From the NCBI GenBank assembly GCA_951804945.1, contig OX638153.1:58838001-58902000 (forward strand): a DNA stretch of 64,000 nucleotides. The letters run 5' to 3'. The notes under the pieces were generated by a model. That model was not told the DNA's origin. It ran no database searches and was given only the letters and a program-made list of their open reading frames with translations. Below are positions 1 to 13,549 of this stretch, in pieces. The DNA comes from Podarcis cretensis. Lineage: Eukaryota. The position numbers were made by a program, and so were the translations under genes. Position 1 is the first letter of the stretch. Each line of letters begins with the position of its first letter.

Positions 1-250
1 AGATCCGGGAGCCGAGGAGCCGCGAGCAAAAGGGGAGAGTTCCAGCCGGGTACTATGCAAATCAAGCCCGTCCACCCGTGCTCGCAGAGGCCGGGGGTGG
101 GGTCCACCGTTGAGACTTCGCCATTCCGAAGGCGCCTCCTTGCGCCCATCGCACGCTGCGTAGCGCTGCACGTGCTCACGCTTCGCCGACGGCCCTCGCC
201 AGTACAATCCGCTCTAGGCGGCTTTCAGAGGAGCAGGTGGGACTCCGAGG
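1..250. promoter_or_regulatory. CpG island / probable promoter-5'UTR edge of the neighbouring gene (possibly KCNIP2 by synteny)
   Basis: Very CpG-dense and GC-rich against a CpG-poor background. Octamer ATGCAAAT at 55-62 and palindromic E-box GCACGTGC at 168-175. The gene identity is inferred only from the OGA-KCNIP2-ARMH3 order known in human. Confidence 0.6.
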
Positions 251-3200
251 TCTTAGAAGGAACCAGTCCTTGGGGTAGGGTTGCCACTTCCACCACTCTT
301 TAAAAAAACCACACAAAAAACACCTGGCTCCGTTATTATGAAAAAATAATAAGCCCAAGGTGGGAGAGCTTCACCGGTTGAATTCTGCCTGTTGCATCCT
401 CTTAGAGCGCAGGAGCTTGCCAGGACGCGGTGGCAGGTCCTAAGACCTGCTAGAAAGGCTGGTGGTAGGGATATATGGGACACGCTGACTAAAGGAAGTT
501 CCTCACTGAGGAGGCCCAATAGCCAGACAGCGGGCAGCTGTCAGAGGGCCAGTAGCTAAGCTAAGAGAACAGCTGCCCTGGATGGATTTCAGATGCTGGA
601 TCAGAGGTCACAGCATGGTGAAGTATTTCGTTCCAGCAGTGCACTCTAGATGGATTGCAGCCTGTCCTGGTCCAATACCCATCCACTTGCCTAATGAGGA
701 CCTTTATAGAGACTACAGCGTGTTTACAGCAAGGGATGGTGGACTGTACTGGCCCAGGGTTGCCACAAAAGAAAATGCATCACAGTGGTCCAGGAATAAG
801 TTGCAGGGCATATCCCGGTAAGTTGGAAAGGAGATTTATGCGAGTAACAGCTTCTTGGCTAGATTGCCACATAGCCCATCTCACTCTTGGCTTCTTGGTT
901 GTTCCTTTCGGTAATTCTCATGTTTTTCTTAAAACAAAAAATGCTAGGAAAATTTTGGCTTTTTTAAAAAGGAGGGCATCTTTCTGTGAAGCCTGGAAAT
1001 GCAGATAACGCATCTTCTTCACTTTCCTCGACCCACACCATTAATCTTAATTAATGAGTACTGCTCATATTCTGGTCTCTGCTGTACTGCTAAAACGCCA
1101 GCCAAATTGATTCAAGCCTTAACCCAGTCTACGATACCACCGTGGAGAAACTGAACTGTTCCATGGTGGCCAACAGGTGGCGTGGGGGAGCCATGCCTCT
1201 ATAGAGTTTAATACCCCCCCATCAGTACTTTCATGGCTGCTGTTGCTCCTTTGCCTCACCTCCCCGACATAAAATAATTTCCTTAATTACAATACCTGTA
1301 TTCAGCACTGGCAGAGCTGGCTCAAGATGACATGGGCTGCTCCAGTCAATATGTCCTTCTCTGTTCTTGCCCATTTTCTTTGCAAGAGGAATTTGGAGTT
1401 TGTACATCTCCCCACAGAGCTGGGGCAGAGGAAGTAAACAGTTCATTCATTTTATTAAAGATTTGGAGGAGCTAACATTCCACGTAATTATTGAGCACTA
1501 TCATGTGCGAAGCAAAAGGAAGGGGACAAGACTAATTAGAGTTTCCCCTTTTCCCCTTCCTGAGGTGCTTTATTTCCCAAAGAGCATAAGAAAGCTACAG
1601 ACCTTTGGAGACCTGGAGCTGATGGCGTGTTCTCATTGTGCCCTGCGATGGATGTGGAGATTCATTTCCCTGAAGCAAATGCCACCTGAAATTCTTCCAA
1701 GTGAGTGTGGGCAACCTGTGCTCATCAGGGAAATGGGCTGGTTGAAATACCTTTGGTCAGGGATAAGGGGTTTTTTGTGGGGGGGTGCCCTCTGGCCCTG
1801 CACTTGACAGTCCAGAGGGGCACAGAGAGAGTGATAGCCCCAGCCTTGGGACTTGTGGGCTGCTGTCCATAAGCAATTCAGAAAGTGCCCTTTTCTTAGT
1901 ACCAAGCAGGAACCATAAGTGTGAGCTGGCAGAGAAAGTGGGGAGCTGATTGACAGGGCTGATCTGCAGGGAAAGGATGCAGATTTTGGGGGGCCATTCA
2001 CGAACAGCTAACTATTGATTATTTCATTTATTATTAGAGTTTTGCTATCCTGGTTGAGGAGAGAGCTGCCACATTGATGTGCTCGATCAAGCAGTAAACT
2101 TTATGGGACCATCTTCCTGTTCTGTTTTCTCCAAGAGACTGGGTAGAAAAGGGGCCTGGAAGCAATTTTGCCCTCAGTGGCACCACAATGCAAGACTGTA
2201 TAACACAAATACAGAACGGCAAAAAGAAGGTATCGGGAACATGTGTGAATGTGCAAGAGTTGCATTAGGCCTGCTGTAGCAAGGAAGGGAGTTGCCAGAG
2301 TATGTGCATATCACAGCTCCTCTAGAAATGCCTGGATCTCAAATTATCAGCATCCTCCCCCGCTTTTTTAAAAGTAAGCTTTCTGTGAAGGGTGCTGCCT
2401 TCCCAGTGCAGAGAGAGAAGGCAAACACGGGGGGCGGGGAGGGGGAGAGGGAAAGAGAAACTGACTAGGGAAAACTTGAGAAATGTCATTGTTAATTTCA
2501 TCTGATAGATGGAGTGTCACACAGAGAGCAGCTGACACCAGATTGACAGCAGTCTGTCTGGAGGGCGCACACATGGGAGACTGAGGTGAGTGCCATTTAT
2601 CAAATGAACAGATCAATCGGGATTATAGTATTTATTTCCTGTGATTAATATTTGAACTCCAATTCATCTTGCTTGAGAGTTCCAGTCTCCAATGATTCAC
2701 TTTAAAGAAAAAGAAAAAGTCCGCACTGGAATTTCCCAGGCAATTGCAGATAGAAGAAGCAAAGGTACCAAATTGCCTCACCCCAAAAGGGATTCATAAT
2801 GGCAGAATTCAGTAACCAGTTTTGCTAGTGGAAGCCCATGCCCATAGAAGGACTACTAGTGTAGTGGGGCTACCTACTCCCCAAAATTGACTCAGGGAGG
2901 TCAGGAGAACCTCCAGACTTGCACATGGGGATGAGAAGCTTGCTCTGACAGAACACTTTCTCAAAACCAGCTGATTTCCCTATCCTTCCCTGACTTAACC
3001 CCAAGCCCCAAAGGGCAGCCCAGGTAAGATGGTCTTACAAGGGCCCAGAGTCTGCAGGAAAGGCAATCCATTGCTGCTGCTTCTAGGTCCTTTATGCTCC
3101 TAGAGGTGTCTTTCCCCATGAGAGTTTTACTGGCCTTGGCAAGTGCTCTCTGTCCTACTCCTCCCCATTCCCTTTCCCTGGAACTTTCTTGCATATAGAG

Positions 3201-4014
3201 TCTCTGGAGAAAACACTATCTTGGCACCTTTCTCACCATGTTCAAGGCAAAGGAGAAATATGCCTAGTATTCTCACACCCCTAGGACCAATCAAAGGAAG
3301 ACCGCTGGCTATTCCACATTTTCTCGTTCAAAAAGCCTGGGTGCTTAGGCTACCTTGACTTCAGGTTGTCCTCTGAAGAGCAGTAACACCTCCTCCAGCC
3401 CCCTATGTTGCAGAGCAGGTGGTACCCACACACAGACCCAGGAGCCAGGAAAGAGATCACCTCTTGCTCTTGTGGCTCCCAGCACCCTTCTCCTGCTTTC
3501 CTTCCCCCTCTTCTTGAGCTCTTGCCTTGATAGAAAATCTCTTTCTAATCATTTCTCCTGCTTGCATGCGGCCCTCCCTCCTCCCTCTCCTCCACCCCCA
3601 TTCACTCCGATGGTGAGTGGGAGGGTTATTAATTTGAGGTTTTCCTTGCTCGTGCTCTAAATACCGAATACAGCATTCAGCATTCCCACAGCAAATGAGA
3701 CACACATTTCGCTTAGGAGGCAGTGGGAGAAAATGATGCAGCTCCTTCCACAACTTAATTGCTGAAGAGAAAGAGAGAGAAATGGGGAGGCAATCTGACT
3801 CTGATTCAACTTGTTTGCAAAGTTGAAGCAAGAGGGGGACAAGAAAAAGCTCTTGCCTGTGCTCACAGGGGGAATCAGTGACGTGGTAGGAGTGGGTCAG
3901 TTTGAACCAAGGACTTCAGCAGAGTTATTTGGAAGGCACCACAAGACCAGAGGGCGAGGGCATGTCAGAATAGAGTGGCCGTCACTGACATGGTGAGAAC
4001 TCCGAAGGTATTGT

Positions 4015-4060
4015 AAGTAGATAGATAGATATAGATATATAGATATAGATAGATATATAG
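4015..4060 (+). repeat. (GATA)n/(GATATA)n microsatellite
   Basis: tagatagatagatatagatatatagatatagatagatatatag read directly. Confidence 0.9.
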
Positions 4061-5127
4061 GCTCAGAGGGTGTCCATGACTGTTCCGTAACAGGGCTGCA
4101 AACTAGGGACAAAGCAGCTGTCCTTCTCTTGGAGAACCTTGCAGCCAAGAAGGGGGGAAACTGATCAATAAGCCATTGAGCTAATCCCACTGGCACAAGA
4201 AAGGGAACACTCACAGTAAGACAGATTCCTTTGCCCTGAAGTACCAGGGCAAATCAAGGGAGGCTGTGGTTCATGTCCCCTTGGTGCAAGTTGCCGTATG
4301 CAAAAATGGCAAAAGCTAGGCTTGCCATATATCAAAAACTAAAAACCAATATATCCTGAATGTTGTTGAGCTGGTTTATTTTTAAATAAAACCACTGAAC
4401 TTGTTGGGATTTTTTTTTACACAAACCCCAACGTTTTTTAGCCTTTTTTTATTTTACAAAAACACCAAAAAAAAAAAAAGATTTTTTTTTTCAATTGACT
4501 TGCCAAAGATCCAAAGTGCTGCCTTTGGGAAATCCCCACCCTCCATGTCAATTCTGCCTTTGAAATCCCAGTAATGTCCAGGGAAACTCAACAAAAGCTT
4601 CCATTTTATTTGGAAGGCAGAAGGCTGCCTTTTCTCTTCTAGGGATGCTGCTAGCCCTGCCAATTTCCCCCTGCAGCAAAGAGCACATGCTGAGCCCACA
4701 CCTTTAGGAGATCTGTCAGAAGTGGTAAGGATTCATTAGGATCATAGAGCCCATACCAAATCCAATTTGGTTTATTTAAAAAATGTATGGAGTTGGTAAG
4801 GATGAAGGAATCAATACTGGTTTGAAATAATATAAAAACACAAATTCTAACCTATGACTAAATGCACTTTCAATATATATTTCACTTTTTACTTTAAAGG
4901 CTTGCATCTTAGCAGTGTTCCATGGTTCAAGGGTACAATAGCTTTGTAAACAAGCATTTTGGTTTCCCTACGAATGTCCCGGTCCACTTTGCACTTCAAC
5001 AGGGAGAAAGCCGCACTCACAGAGCTCAGGCGATGCTGGATTTCTGCATCAATGTCAGCCCTTGTAGAAAGATAACTGTCCAGGTAGATTCAAGTGATTC
5101 AAGAGCAAGGATATACTGTGACTAAAC

Positions 5128-5486
5128 GTAAAGGTAAAGGTAAAGGGATCCCTGACCATTAGGTCCAGTCGTGGCCGACTCTGGGGTTGTGGCGCTCATC
5201 TCACTTTATTGGCCAAGGGAGCTGGCATACAGCTTCCGGATCATGTGGCCAGCATCACTAAGCCGCTTCTGGCGAACCAGAGCAGCACGCAGAAACGCCG
5301 TTTCCCTTCCCGCTAGAGCGGTACCTATTTATCTACTTGCACTTTGACGTGCTTTCGAACTGCTAGGTTGGCAGGAGCAGGAACCAAGCAACGGGAGCTT
5401 ACCCCGTCGCAGGGATTCAAACTGCCAACCTTCTGATCTGCAAGTCCTTGGCTCTGTGGTTTAACCCACAGCGCCACCCACATCCC
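5128..5486 (-). mobile_element. Sauria SINE (Squam1/POM-type), older full-length copy
   Basis: (ACCTTT)n tail on the minus strand (aaaggtaaaggtaaaggg), diagnostic core gtacctatttatctacttgcac...gctttcgaactgctaggttggcagg, and 5' end acccacagcgccacc...ccc. Degenerate TSD at 5112-5124 / 5488-5500. Confidence 0.93.
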
Positions 5487-5947
5487 TTATACTGCAACTA
5501 TACCTCACCAATTTCCCAAATCTGATAAAATAGCTGTTTTTCTCTTTTTTATAGTACAGTACAGTACTCCTATCTCCAGAATGACATTCTCTCTCTATCC
5601 CACCACAATTGTTTTTTTAAAAAATGCCAAAATGTACACTTTATCTAGCCTGGCTTTTTAGCTGTTACAAAGAGGAACAATTTCCTTTGATAGTCTATCA
5701 AATAGCCTGTGGTATTTCTCTTGAAAGGTGTCAAACAAAGAGGGAATCTCTGCCAGAGTCCAATCCACAGCCCATCTTTCAGCTAATGTGAATAGAAAAG
5801 TGTGGGGAGGGGGCGAGCTACCAATTACCAGCACACCAAGATCTCTAATGTGATGATGGTACAGTGGGGTACATAGTGCAAAGAGAAATCCTGTTTTCTA
5901 CTCAGGCCATAGAGAGTTCCAAAAATATATATGTGCCAGTTACTTTT

Positions 5948-6010
5948 AAGAACATAAGGAGAGCCTGCTGGATCGGACCAGTGGCTCTTCTAGTTCAGCA
6001 TCCTGCTCTG
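5948..6010 (-). mobile_element. CR1-type 3' tail fragment
   Basis: taagaacataaggagagcctgctggatc...agcatcctg resembles the squamate CR1 3' terminus also seen at 6918 and 33570-33625. Confidence 0.55.
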
Positions 6011-6917
6011 GCCATTGCCAAAAATGTTGAAATTTATCTTCCCTCCCTCTTTTGATTTGTTCATGAGTTGTAAGATCTAAGTGGTTTCCCACTTTTCTGC
6101 AGAGCTTTTTTTTAAGAGAGTGAACTACATTGCTTTACTTAGTTTGAATTTCTAATATGCTGCTGTGGCCCCTTAGGAGTTACAGTGCTGGATGTTAAGC
6201 TCCTGCCTGTCTAATATTAGACTTGTAGGTGCATTTTACTTTTGTGTATTGTGCAGCTTGTTTCATTTTCTCTAACGCTTCCCACCTTCTCTTTAATAAA
6301 CTTGGAACTCGTTCTAGTTAGACACAGAGTATTACATAATGAAGGCAGATTCGCAGGCATTGAAGACAGCTTCCAGATTTTAAACCTTTGTGACACCTGG
6401 CTGAAATTAAACTCTGCATATATTCAGGGGACTGGTGCTGAGTCCTGGCACTGAACTCAAAACCACAGGTTCTTGTTCCCAGTGAGAGCTTTCCTGTCAT
6501 TGCAGATAGCAGGTGTGGAATCATTCCATTCAGATTGGGTCCAGGGTGGGGGCAAAAGCTTGAAGCCTCCCTCCTCCACACCAGCTATTATTTTTTTTTT
6601 AAAGCCCATGGCAAAATAATGTCACATCAAGTTTGGCTCTCAGCCTTAATCCCTCACTGCAATATGAGGATAAAACCACTCACTTTTGGGGGGTTTTCTT
6701 CTTCTAAAAGGTCTACATATATGTGAAACGCTTTGCAGACAGTGAAATATTCTGCCAATGCTACTGTTGTTATTATTATTGACCCAAGTTGTTTCCATAC
6801 AATCATAGAATTTTATCATCTCCAATAGAATATCATTTCCATCCTATCAATGCAGCCCACACTGGTCACAGAGGACAGAACTGCACCTTATAAACAACCT
6901 GTGTTGATCCCGGAGTC

Positions 6918-7270
6918 CATAAGAACATGAGTAGCCTTGTTGGATCAACCCAAAAGCTTATCTAGTCCAGTGTGCTGTTTCCACACAGCAGTCAACCAGA
7001 TGTCCACAAGCAGGACACAAGGGCAGTAGCTCTCTCCGTCTCCATGTTGCCTCTCATCCTGGAGGTATTAGACAACCATTGTGACTCTCAGCCATTGATA
7101 GCCCTGTCCACCATGAATTTATCTAATCCCATGTTAAAGATATACAAATTGGCGGCTGTAACCAGAGTTTTGTAGTCCTCTTGTCTGTCTTGAATGGTCT
7201 ACCATTCAGTTTCATTAGGTGACTCTGGGGCTCTAGTATTATGAAAGAGGGAGGAAAAGCTTCTCTCTAG
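6918..7270 (-). mobile_element. CR1 LINE 3' fragment
   Basis: cataagaacatgag tail followed by degenerate CR1 3'UTR/ORF2-end sequence (gccattgatagccctgtccaccatgaatttatctaatccc...). Confidence 0.65.
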
Positions 7271-9959
7271 CCACCACTTGCTGGAGGAGATATTATAGTC
7301 CCATTCTGTTCAGCCCTCAAAAGCTGGGGGAAATCTTGGGATTGAGCAGCTGGCTGTTGGCCTGGGGCTATGTGGGAGGGGTTGATTTATGGACTGTGAG
7401 GGGAAGAGATGACTGCCATCCTCTGTTGTCTTCCATCCTTTGGTTGGTTGGTTGGTTGGTTTGTAAGCAGAGTGTAAAACCTGAGCCCAGGAAAAAGGGA
7501 TGGAGTGTGTATACTGCAGTCAGCTAGGTGGTCACAGCCAGAGTCAAATAAGGGCATATTAAAAACAAATGTAAGAAACAATGAATAACGTAAGTAGTTC
7601 CAGATGGATATCGACTCTCAGGGTCTGCCAACAGGACACATGATGTCAGGTTAAATAATCAGTGCCAAAAACTCTTCAGGCCAAGGTTATTTTTCTCAAT
7701 TGCTGTCAAATAAGAGTTAATCAAAGCTTTTTGGGTAATTGCTCCCTGGCTCAGGGAGATGCCAGGCAAGCTCTACATAGGTAACTATAAGTATACCTCA
7801 TAGAACTTCCCAGAAAGCAGCTCTGTGAGCAGAAGGAAGGCAAAAAGTGTTCTGGCACCCTATAGACTAGAACCATGTTGATTTAATGGGGCGTGAGGTG
7901 TATAGGCAAGTCTGCAGCAGATATGAGATGGGCAGTATATATGTGAGATGAGAAAAGTAAATTATAGAGTACAGAAGTAAAACAAAAAACAGCACAATTT
8001 GATTACTAGATACAGCACTCAACTTTCTGTGGCATGAGCAACTCTTCATCTGCTAAGGTGCCACCATGGCTTTTGGAGAAGAATCGTAGGTGCTAAGGTG
8101 GAAACAGGAGCTCAGTGCTTCTCAAGAGCTGCTTCTCAGACGTTCTCTCTGAACCAGTTGTGGGACCTCAGGAATCAGACTTTGTGCTCTTCTGGTGAAT
8201 CAAGGATGTAGTTAAATACAGAGTCGAGTGCCTCTTGAAAGGAAATACCTTAGAGAGAGACTGTCTGGGAGCATCTTCTCAGAGGTTACAAACTTCTGCA
8301 AAAGCCACCACAGATCAAGCACCTGACATCATCTAAAAATTTAATACTTTTCAATAGAGTAGGTTCATATATTTAGAACTGGAATCCTGTGACAGTGACA
8401 GACTGCACCATTTCATACTGTGGGTGTGGTGGTGGGGGGGGGGTGCAATTTCAGGTCTCCCCTAGGCAAAACCCCACACTCCTCCATATAAACAATAAAG
8501 ACATATAGACAAACACATACATACATGTAACATGGCAGGAATAAAGCTTTTGGTGCAGCCTGCTTCATACTTTCTATTTGCAGGGATTTATTTCTTTTTG
8601 AACATCAAAGTGGTTTCCTTCCTCAGCCCTAGTTGGAAGTGGTAAAATCCATTATGTAACCTCAAAACTCAAGCAGCTCACTCTGCTGCATGCATAGACA
8701 AGACTTGTCAGTTGCATGTCATCAAGTGATGTTCATGCATGTGTGAACTGGCCCCCCCAGGAATAATTCATTCTTCCTGGCACCAAAAAAAAAAAAGCAC
8801 ATACCCATTTGCGTACACCTTCCATTTGGTTTGTTGGAGATGGTAGTTTTTACTTGTTCTGGTTGTTAATTGCTCTGTGCGCAAAACCAACTCTTCCTCT
8901 CTGCATTTCTTTCAGTTTGTTACAAGATCAATAGAAGGGAGTGTACCATGCATACATTTGAATTTAAGAAATAAAGACCATTTTTTAAGATGACAGAATC
9001 ATTTCTGTTTAGTGACTTCTTTGCAGGACGTAAAGCTGCTTTGAGTCATACCTGCATTGTCTGAAATAGCTTTCACCTCAATGCTAAACCTCCAGTGGCT
9101 ACTTGATTTACTCTGGCCTGGAGCATTTCACAAAGGCTTAGACACAAAAAGAATGGACTCCAACAGCCTTGATGTATTAGCAAACCTAGCCAAAATAGAT
9201 ACAGCATGCAGTTATATACATCTTCCATCACTTGTTGCTGTTGTTTGGCTGTATTAAAACAAAAGCAGCTGTGAAAGAGTGCTTATTCAAATGCTGGTAC
9301 AGATCAGATAACAAATCTATCGCATACACCTCAATAATAGACCAGCATATTTTACAAGAGCATTATGTTCAAAGCTTGCAGCTGGAAGGCTGAATCAACC
9401 TGAGCTAGAAAACAATTGGGTTGCTTGTTGTGCACTTAGAAGGCCTTTAAAATCACCTGGATATAAAAGCAGGCTGTGGGGGGTTGGTAGCAGGAGATAC
9501 AGTCTCACTGCAGTGTTTGAGGCTAGTGGGAAACTTATGAGACCATATTCATAGTAACCCTTCAGGGCCAAAACGCTGGGACTTTGTAAATCAAGAGGGC
9601 AAATGAAGAACATTGATATCAAGTCCTTTCAGTCCTGCTAGGAGGAAAGCCTGGTGTTGTATCTGTGTTAGAATGAGAGCACTATGCCCTCACCATTGCA
9701 ACACAACACCTCACCTCCCAGCTACAATGGCAGGCTGGTCTTAGTGATCTATCTCAGGGATGCAATTTAACAGCTCATTAAGCAAAGACAGAGCATTGAT
9801 CACCATTATTAAGCACACCTTTAGCTAATTGCAGATTTCCATTCTTATGGCTTAACTATGTGGGAAAAGTCAAGCACAGGATATTAAATCACCATGATCT
9901 AAATCCTGGACAGTTGATGTTCCTTTTTGATTTTACCATAATTAATTTTTCCTTTTTTT

Positions 9960-10030
9960 AATGTGGGGAATATTGTTGTGTTTTATATTGTAAACTGCCC
10001 TGTGATCTTCAGATAAAGAGCAGTATACAT
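9960..10030 (+). mobile_element. L2 LINE 3' terminal fragment
   Basis: tgtaaactgccctgtgatcttcagataaagagcagtata...aataaacaacaataat, a typical L2 3' end. A similar copy lies at ~52230-52295. Confidence 0.55.
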
Positions 10031-12764
10031 ATTTAATAAACAACAATAATACCCGGTTTGATTTTAACCTAAAGCCTTGCTACCTATGAGCAAGATTGGC
10101 ATCCCATTCTGCAAGGAAAGCCACAGCCACCTCCACAATTCAGGAAGCATTTCAAGAATGGAGGTTCATTTCCTGTCCTCTGCTTCTATATTACTTGGTA
10201 TAATAATCTTTAAGGCTGGATAGGTGAGTTTTAAAAACTCTGCTAAGTATGAATGACAGTGTATAGATTACTTGTCAGTTTCATGGACAGAAACTCCATG
10301 TTTGCTGGCAAATATTGCAGCCTATCGGGGATTTAAAATGTGGCAAGATGGTGATAGCAAATGTTTTGAGTTTCCAAATCAGCAAGGGAGCTGGGTAGTA
10401 TAGGGGCTGTTCTTGTGTAACTTTGGCATGTGGGAGATCTGGGATTAGGATTACAGTATGTGTTAAGGAGAAGGAGAAAAGTAAATAAGCACCCTCATGT
10501 GGCTACTCTGGACAGGGTTTTAGTCCTTTCCCTTATGTAAATCCCCCCCCCCCCCATTGTTATTATCTCCATAAGTAGTGAGGCATTGGGGCGGGGGAAG
10601 GAAAAGGTGCAGATGGTGTTCCTGACTTTTAAAATAGTTTGGGGCAGGGTGTGGGGAAAATTACATCAGGAGATGGATGTTTGGAGGAAAAGGTGGGGGG
10701 CCCAGAGCGCGCACACACACTCAATCTTCAAAGCAGCTGATAAAAATGTCCCCCAAACCTTGGGAGATCCTAAACATGGACCAGATAGGAATGTCAAGTG
10801 TAAAAAGGCAAAACTTTCCATTTCAGATGTCATTCTTTCTAGAGGCGTTTGCACCCCGTCTCCACTCACTTTCGAAAGGGAAAGAGGGAAATGATGACTG
10901 TGTGTTTCATCCTCACAAACATGCTCTTCCCTCCACTAGCAGCAGATGTATGGAAGTATCTAGGGACAGTTCTTCTTGGGGGTGGGAGTGGGGGAGCGGG
11001 GAGAGGAAGCCAGTCTGGTCTGGGAATGCTGGCATTGAAGAGGACAGTGCTCTCCAGCCTCCTCCAGCCCCAGCTGGTACTTGTCACCAGAGCGTTGGCT
11101 CTCCCGGAGCGCAACTTAAACCTAACAGCTTGGAGGTCCCTGGCCCCCTCCAGCACAGCAAGAGCCTCAAAGCCAATGCACTTGTAAGCTGATGCAGCAG
11201 AAATTAAATGAGCAAATGTGGCTGGGGCCTTCCCCAGCCTGCAGTTCATTACACACTCACAGCCCTGAGGCCCAGCGTGAGGGAAGCATGAGTGGAGGGG
11301 GCCATGCCGAAGTCAGACAGCTTGGCTAATTAACCACTAATTACCTAGGTGAGTAAGGAGGCTCTGCGCAACAGAAGAGAGTGAGGGGGGAAATGTCTGA
11401 GGAGACGGGGAGCCATTGCACTTTCCCAGCAGGGGCTGCTGGAAGACCAGGGATGAGAGGCTAAGCAAAAGGCAAAGGGTGGTGAAGTGATGGCACCTAG
11501 GGGGGTGCAGTTCATGGGGCAGCGGAAGAGCTGTGGCCACAGGAAGCGCTCCTTTGCTCCGCTTCCAAGGCCCCGATTTCTTCCCAGATCTGTGCCCAGC
11601 TCATTTAATCTAGTCAATTGGATTCACTTCCCATCTGCTTAATTCAGTTAGTCCGAGAGGTGCAAAGGAGAAGGAGCCTGAACCAGGCTGCACTTCATCA
11701 GCAACTAGGTAGATCAGAAAGGAAGGGAAGCGCTTAAGGGAAATGAATCGAAGGCCTGAGGTGGCACAACTCTGCCCAGAATGATTAGCAAGGTAGGGTG
11801 AGAAACATATCTGTCTTTGTCTCCAGAATGGCCTGGGCTTGAATTATTCTCTAAGACTGAGAGACCAGTGTAAACCATTTGAGACAGGGCACATTTTTAT
11901 CAACAAAACGGAGCGCCTGAATTAATTCTCTAGTCTAAAGCAATGATTTTCCCAACGTTGCATATGCATGCTCTGCAAAAAGGGGGGGGGTGCGCAAAAG
12001 AATCCCCACAACACCACTATGTACATTTACTAGGGAGTAAGTCCCACTGAACTGAGTGGGGCCAATGTGTGTAAATATGCATAGATATGGAATGCACATC
12101 AACAGAAGCAACAGAAATCATCTTCTGTATGGAGACAAGAGTCAAATGACCCCCCCCCCATGCTGTGCTGCTTCCCAACCTCACAAAAGGTGTATCAATG
12201 CAGCTTGCTAACCAGAAGTGTGAAAATGCTTTGCTGGAAGCTAATAGTTCAACAAGAGCCAAAGGCTGGGGCTGCAGGGAGAGGGAACATGGCTCTACAT
12301 TGATGCCATGTTGAGAAGTGTAATCCTGCACACCCCCTTTGAGGAACTGGCCACCTGTGAATCGGGGACACAGAGAGTTCTGAGCTAAGACTGGCAGTCT
12401 TGTTTTATGCCAACACGGTGAAATGTGTTATGCCACATGGCAGCTTGCAGCTAGACAACAGGGTGCTTTAAGGCAGGAAATGTGAATACAAAACTGCAAA
12501 AGTGCCAGGCTGACCCCAGACGGATCTCCATGCTAGAGGCCCACCATCCATCATGGTCCTTATGTACCAAGTGCTGCTTTATGTGTGGGTGTGTTTTCCT
12601 GCAGACAAGGCAGGGCAGCGAGTCACTGTGTTGAAGGGTATCATGTTATCCATGTTTTCACACCGTATGGTTTAGCTATACACCACTTGGCTGACCCCAA
12701 GTGCTACAGCTGGCTCCAAAACCAGCAAAGGCAAAGCAAGCACACAATAAACAAAAACAGATAA

Positions 12765-12822
12765 GGTCTAAGAGTGGCTGGTGAAACCCATCCAGATGGG
12801 CGGGGTAGAAATTGTTGTTGTT
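12765..12822 (+). mobile_element. L2 LINE extreme 3' end
   Basis: ccagatgggcggggta is the reverse complement of the L2 terminus at 55098-55112. Confidence 0.55.
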
Positions 12823-13414
12823 AGAAAGAGAGACCTCCGCCAGAAGACAATGCTCAGACTCCCTATCCACTTTGAAAAACAAACAGGTCCCATGTGCTTT
12901 TGGCACACCTCAACAACACAGAAGCAAAACCTTAGACGCAAACACTGTTGAAACTGGGTTGGCTCACAGTACCCTAGGACAAAGTGCTCTGTTCCTTTGA
13001 TGCAGGCGAGATGCTCTGCTTAGATCAAAGGGCTATAATTTTTCTGCAGGGCATAGAAATTTCATATATAATTATTTGTCATGCTGTACAACAGAAATCA
13101 GATGGGCCTTTAATAGTTTACATGGGACATTCCTTCCTTTCATGTCACATGACTTGCTTGATCACAGCAGGTTTAAGATCTTGCCCTGCTGCCACTCTAA
13201 ATATTTGCTAGGCATCTACACTCCATTCTAGATATAGGATTCAAGAGCCAGCAATTGACTCAACAAAATAGTCCTCAGTATTGATCATGTTCTCTCCCCC
13301 ATGCACAGGTATAAACTTCCCACAGCCTCCTCACCCCTAAAGAAGGAAGTCTAGCTCTGGCCTTGATGCAAAATTCACCCTAAAAAGCAACTACTTGAGA
13401 AGGAACTTGTAAGG

Positions 13415-13549
13415 CAAGGATGGAGAACCTGTGGTCTTCCAGGCGTTGTTGGACTCCAACTCCCATCATCACCAGCCAGCATGGCCAGTGCTCAAGGATG
13501 TCAGGTTGTAATCCAACAATATCTGGAGGGCCACAGGTTCCCTATCCTA
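13415..13549. mobile_element. short hAT-type MITE
   Basis: Imperfect TIRs aggatggagaacctgtgg ... ccacaggttccctatcct and internal caactcccatcatcaccagccagcatggcc, typical of squamate hAT MITEs. Confidence 0.7.

Noticed and set aside
7295-8400. Possible degenerate LTR remnants
   Set aside because: No convincing TG...CA boundaries or TSD could be fixed by eye.
10677-11192. 171-aa ORF and overlapping ORFs
   Set aside because: TTG start, no recognisable domain, and no splice context. Consistent with chance in GC-richer sequence.
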